NCBI GenBank assembly: GCA_964057225.1
Contig: OZ059900.1
Coordinates: 5,456,001-5,520,000 of the forward strand
Length of the DNA stretch: 64,000 nt
Direction of reading: 5' to 3'
Source of the DNA: Auanema rhodensis
Lineage: Eukaryota; Animalia; Nematoda
Shown here: in pieces, positions 61,954-64,000 of the stretch
Numbering within the stretch: position 1 is the stretch's first letter
How the letters are laid out: the number at the start of each line of letters is the position of its first letter
Notes under the pieces: generated by a model
Seen by the model: only the letters and a program-made list of their open reading frames with translations
Databases searched by the model: none
Told to the model about the DNA's origin: nothing
Translations under genes and position numbers: made by a program

Positions 61954-64000
61954 CTATTGTGTTAAAATGAACCAAAATATTTTCTTTTCTACTTTTTGTT
62001 TGTCACTTTTTTTTGCATTTTTCTTCTTATGCCAGCAAGTCAACCATGGGTGGTGGACAATGTGGTTTATCGGCCTCAAGTTGTTTCCAAAGCAAAGCAG
62101 CTTTTCTTTCAGCAATAGATCCAATATGAATAACCGAAAGATTCTAAATATAGTTTTAATTAAATTCAAAGGAATAGTTAATACTTCATCTTCATCGTCA
62201 TTTTCCGCAATTACTTCAGTATCTTGTTTAATCTGAAAATAGAAATTCTTTACTTTTTATCGATTAAATTGTTCAACTTCTTTGCTAGGAATGATTAATG
62301 ATGGGGAATATGTATATGTAGATGAGCGGCTCGATTTCTGAAAAATTAAGCTTCATATTTACTTCCTTTATAATCAATACTTCTTGTCCAGTGATGGTTG
62401 TTGCTCTGGAAATTTTACTTTCCGTCAAGCACTGCTCGCAGGTATAAAGATTTGCAGTAGGCAGGACAACTGAGTCTACAGAATGTTTTTGTTCAACTAC
62501 CGGATGATATATATCCCTCTTCGAGGATGTAGTAGATATGCTTCTAATTGATCTAGGAGCAGCCACAACAATTGGAGAAGTAGGAGGAGTGAAATCCTTG
62601 TGACCCCATTCGTTTATGAATTGTCGAACATTCTTGACAACACGAACGGATTCAAACTTGTCTTAAAATTCATCGAATTGTACTAGTTAATAAACAATAT
62701 AATGCAAACTATTGTTGTTGGGAGTCGATCGAATTTGTGGAACTGAAGCCACGGCAATTGGGTACGGTTTTTGAACATCCTCTTGAGAATTTACTTCCTT
62801 ATCATTTGTTATTTTTGAAATGCCTCCACCGTATCTACTCAAAAGCTGAGAAACAGGCTGTTGGTGTTCAAATTCGACATCCTGAATCATAAACACTTGT
62901 TATATAGACTAGAAAAAAACTAACACTTTCGAATGGTTCTATAATTTGATTGCTTTCGTGGTGGTCCTTTGGCTGATGATGAACCTCATGATCATGAGAA
63001 TGATGTTCTCTGTGCACATGATGAACATTGCTATCTTGATGTTTTCCGTGCTCCTGATGAGCATGCTGATCATGAAGATGATGTTCTCTATGCACATTTG
63101 TATGACGATCAAGGTGCTCCACATGTTCTTTTTTAGAACGATCGTTATTATATTGATGATGTCTCATGTGTTTATGGCAAGGTTGATAATTATAGTGTTG
63201 TTGACGATGATGATCATGGTGATGATGATGATGTTCCATGTGTTCATGATGAGCACGGTGATCAAGGTGATGATGGTGTTCCATGTGTTCATGATGAGCA
63301 TGGTGATCATGGTGATGATGATGCTCCTTATGTTCATGATGAGCATGGTGATCATGGTGATGATGATGCTCCTTATGTTCATTATGAGCATGGTGATCAT
63401 GGTGATGATGATGCTCCTTATGTTCATGATGAGCATGGTGATCATGATGATGATGCTCCATATGTTCATTATGAGCATGACTATTATGATGATGATGTTT
63501 GATGTGTTCATGATCGGCGTGGTAGTTATGGTGAGGATGACGGTCAATGTGTTTATGATCTACGTGGAGATCATGGTGATGATGATGTTTGTTATGATCA
63601 TGGCTTGGTTGAATTTCATGCTCATTGTTTTGTACATGTTGATGTTGATTGTTAATGGCATGATCTTGAGGAATACGATGAATAACAACGTTGGTAGCTT
63701 CAGGATGATGATAAAGCTAAATTTTGAATCTTAAAGAAGTCAATGTAACAAAACGTCAAATTACAATTTCAGCTTGTCGATTGATACCCATGGCCTTTCC
63801 ATTTTCAAAACGAGAAAGGAGAGATTTCACAGCTAAAATATTTGTTTCAAAATAATTTGAAAAAATGTTTTTAATAAATTTGATGCAAATAATTTACATG
63901 GTCTGTTGACGTAATCCAGTTCGGAATCGTCATGAGATGTAATACACTGATGATCATTTTGTGGTGATGCTTTAAGCGTACTAACGGAACTACTTCTGCT
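61954..64000 (-). CDS. Multi-exon gene with a large histidine-rich repeat exon (5' end outside the window)
   Basis: Exons near 63766-63832 (VKSLLSRFE), 62924-63716 (His-rich, HHHHHDHHAHHEHKE repeats), 62730-62881, 62383-62661 and 61954-62232; some boundaries are approximate. Confidence 0.7.

Noticed and set aside
62946-63734. 262-aa Met-rich plus-strand ORF and Ile/Met-rich alternative frames
   Set aside because: Mirror and shifted frames of the (CAT/CAC)n His-rich exon; splice signals support the minus-strand His frame.

Overview
AT-rich eukaryotic DNA, almost certainly nematode (40-50 bp GT-AG introns with TTTCAG-type acceptors; dct-1, sem-5 and warthog genes). 1-37711 is a 176-bp satellite array with higher-order structure. 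It is interrupted by a complete 16.6-kb Maverick/Polinton (7170-23791; AGTAG termini, ~570-bp TIRs, 6-bp TSD TTCATG) that encodes a 14-exon pPolB, major and minor capsids, core protein, adenain protease, packaging ATPase, integrase and accessory ORFs. A 41-bp minisatellite (37712-39843) follows. About 55 bp after it begins the most unusual item: an apparently intact 25-exon gene (39899-44466, ~1168 aa), seen only as fragments in the ORF track, that fuses an AT-hook, a C2H2-like finger, a tyrosine recombinase domain and a SET domain with a post-SET Cys cluster. Direct repeats and a hairpin follow it, so the satellite + recombinase-SET block may be one undescribed element. From ~45620 onward are ordinary host genes: a wrt-6-like Hint gene, an unknown Ser-rich gene, dct-1/BNIP3, sem-5/GRB2 and a His-rich repeat gene. 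All exon models were built by hand and need RNA-seq confirmation.
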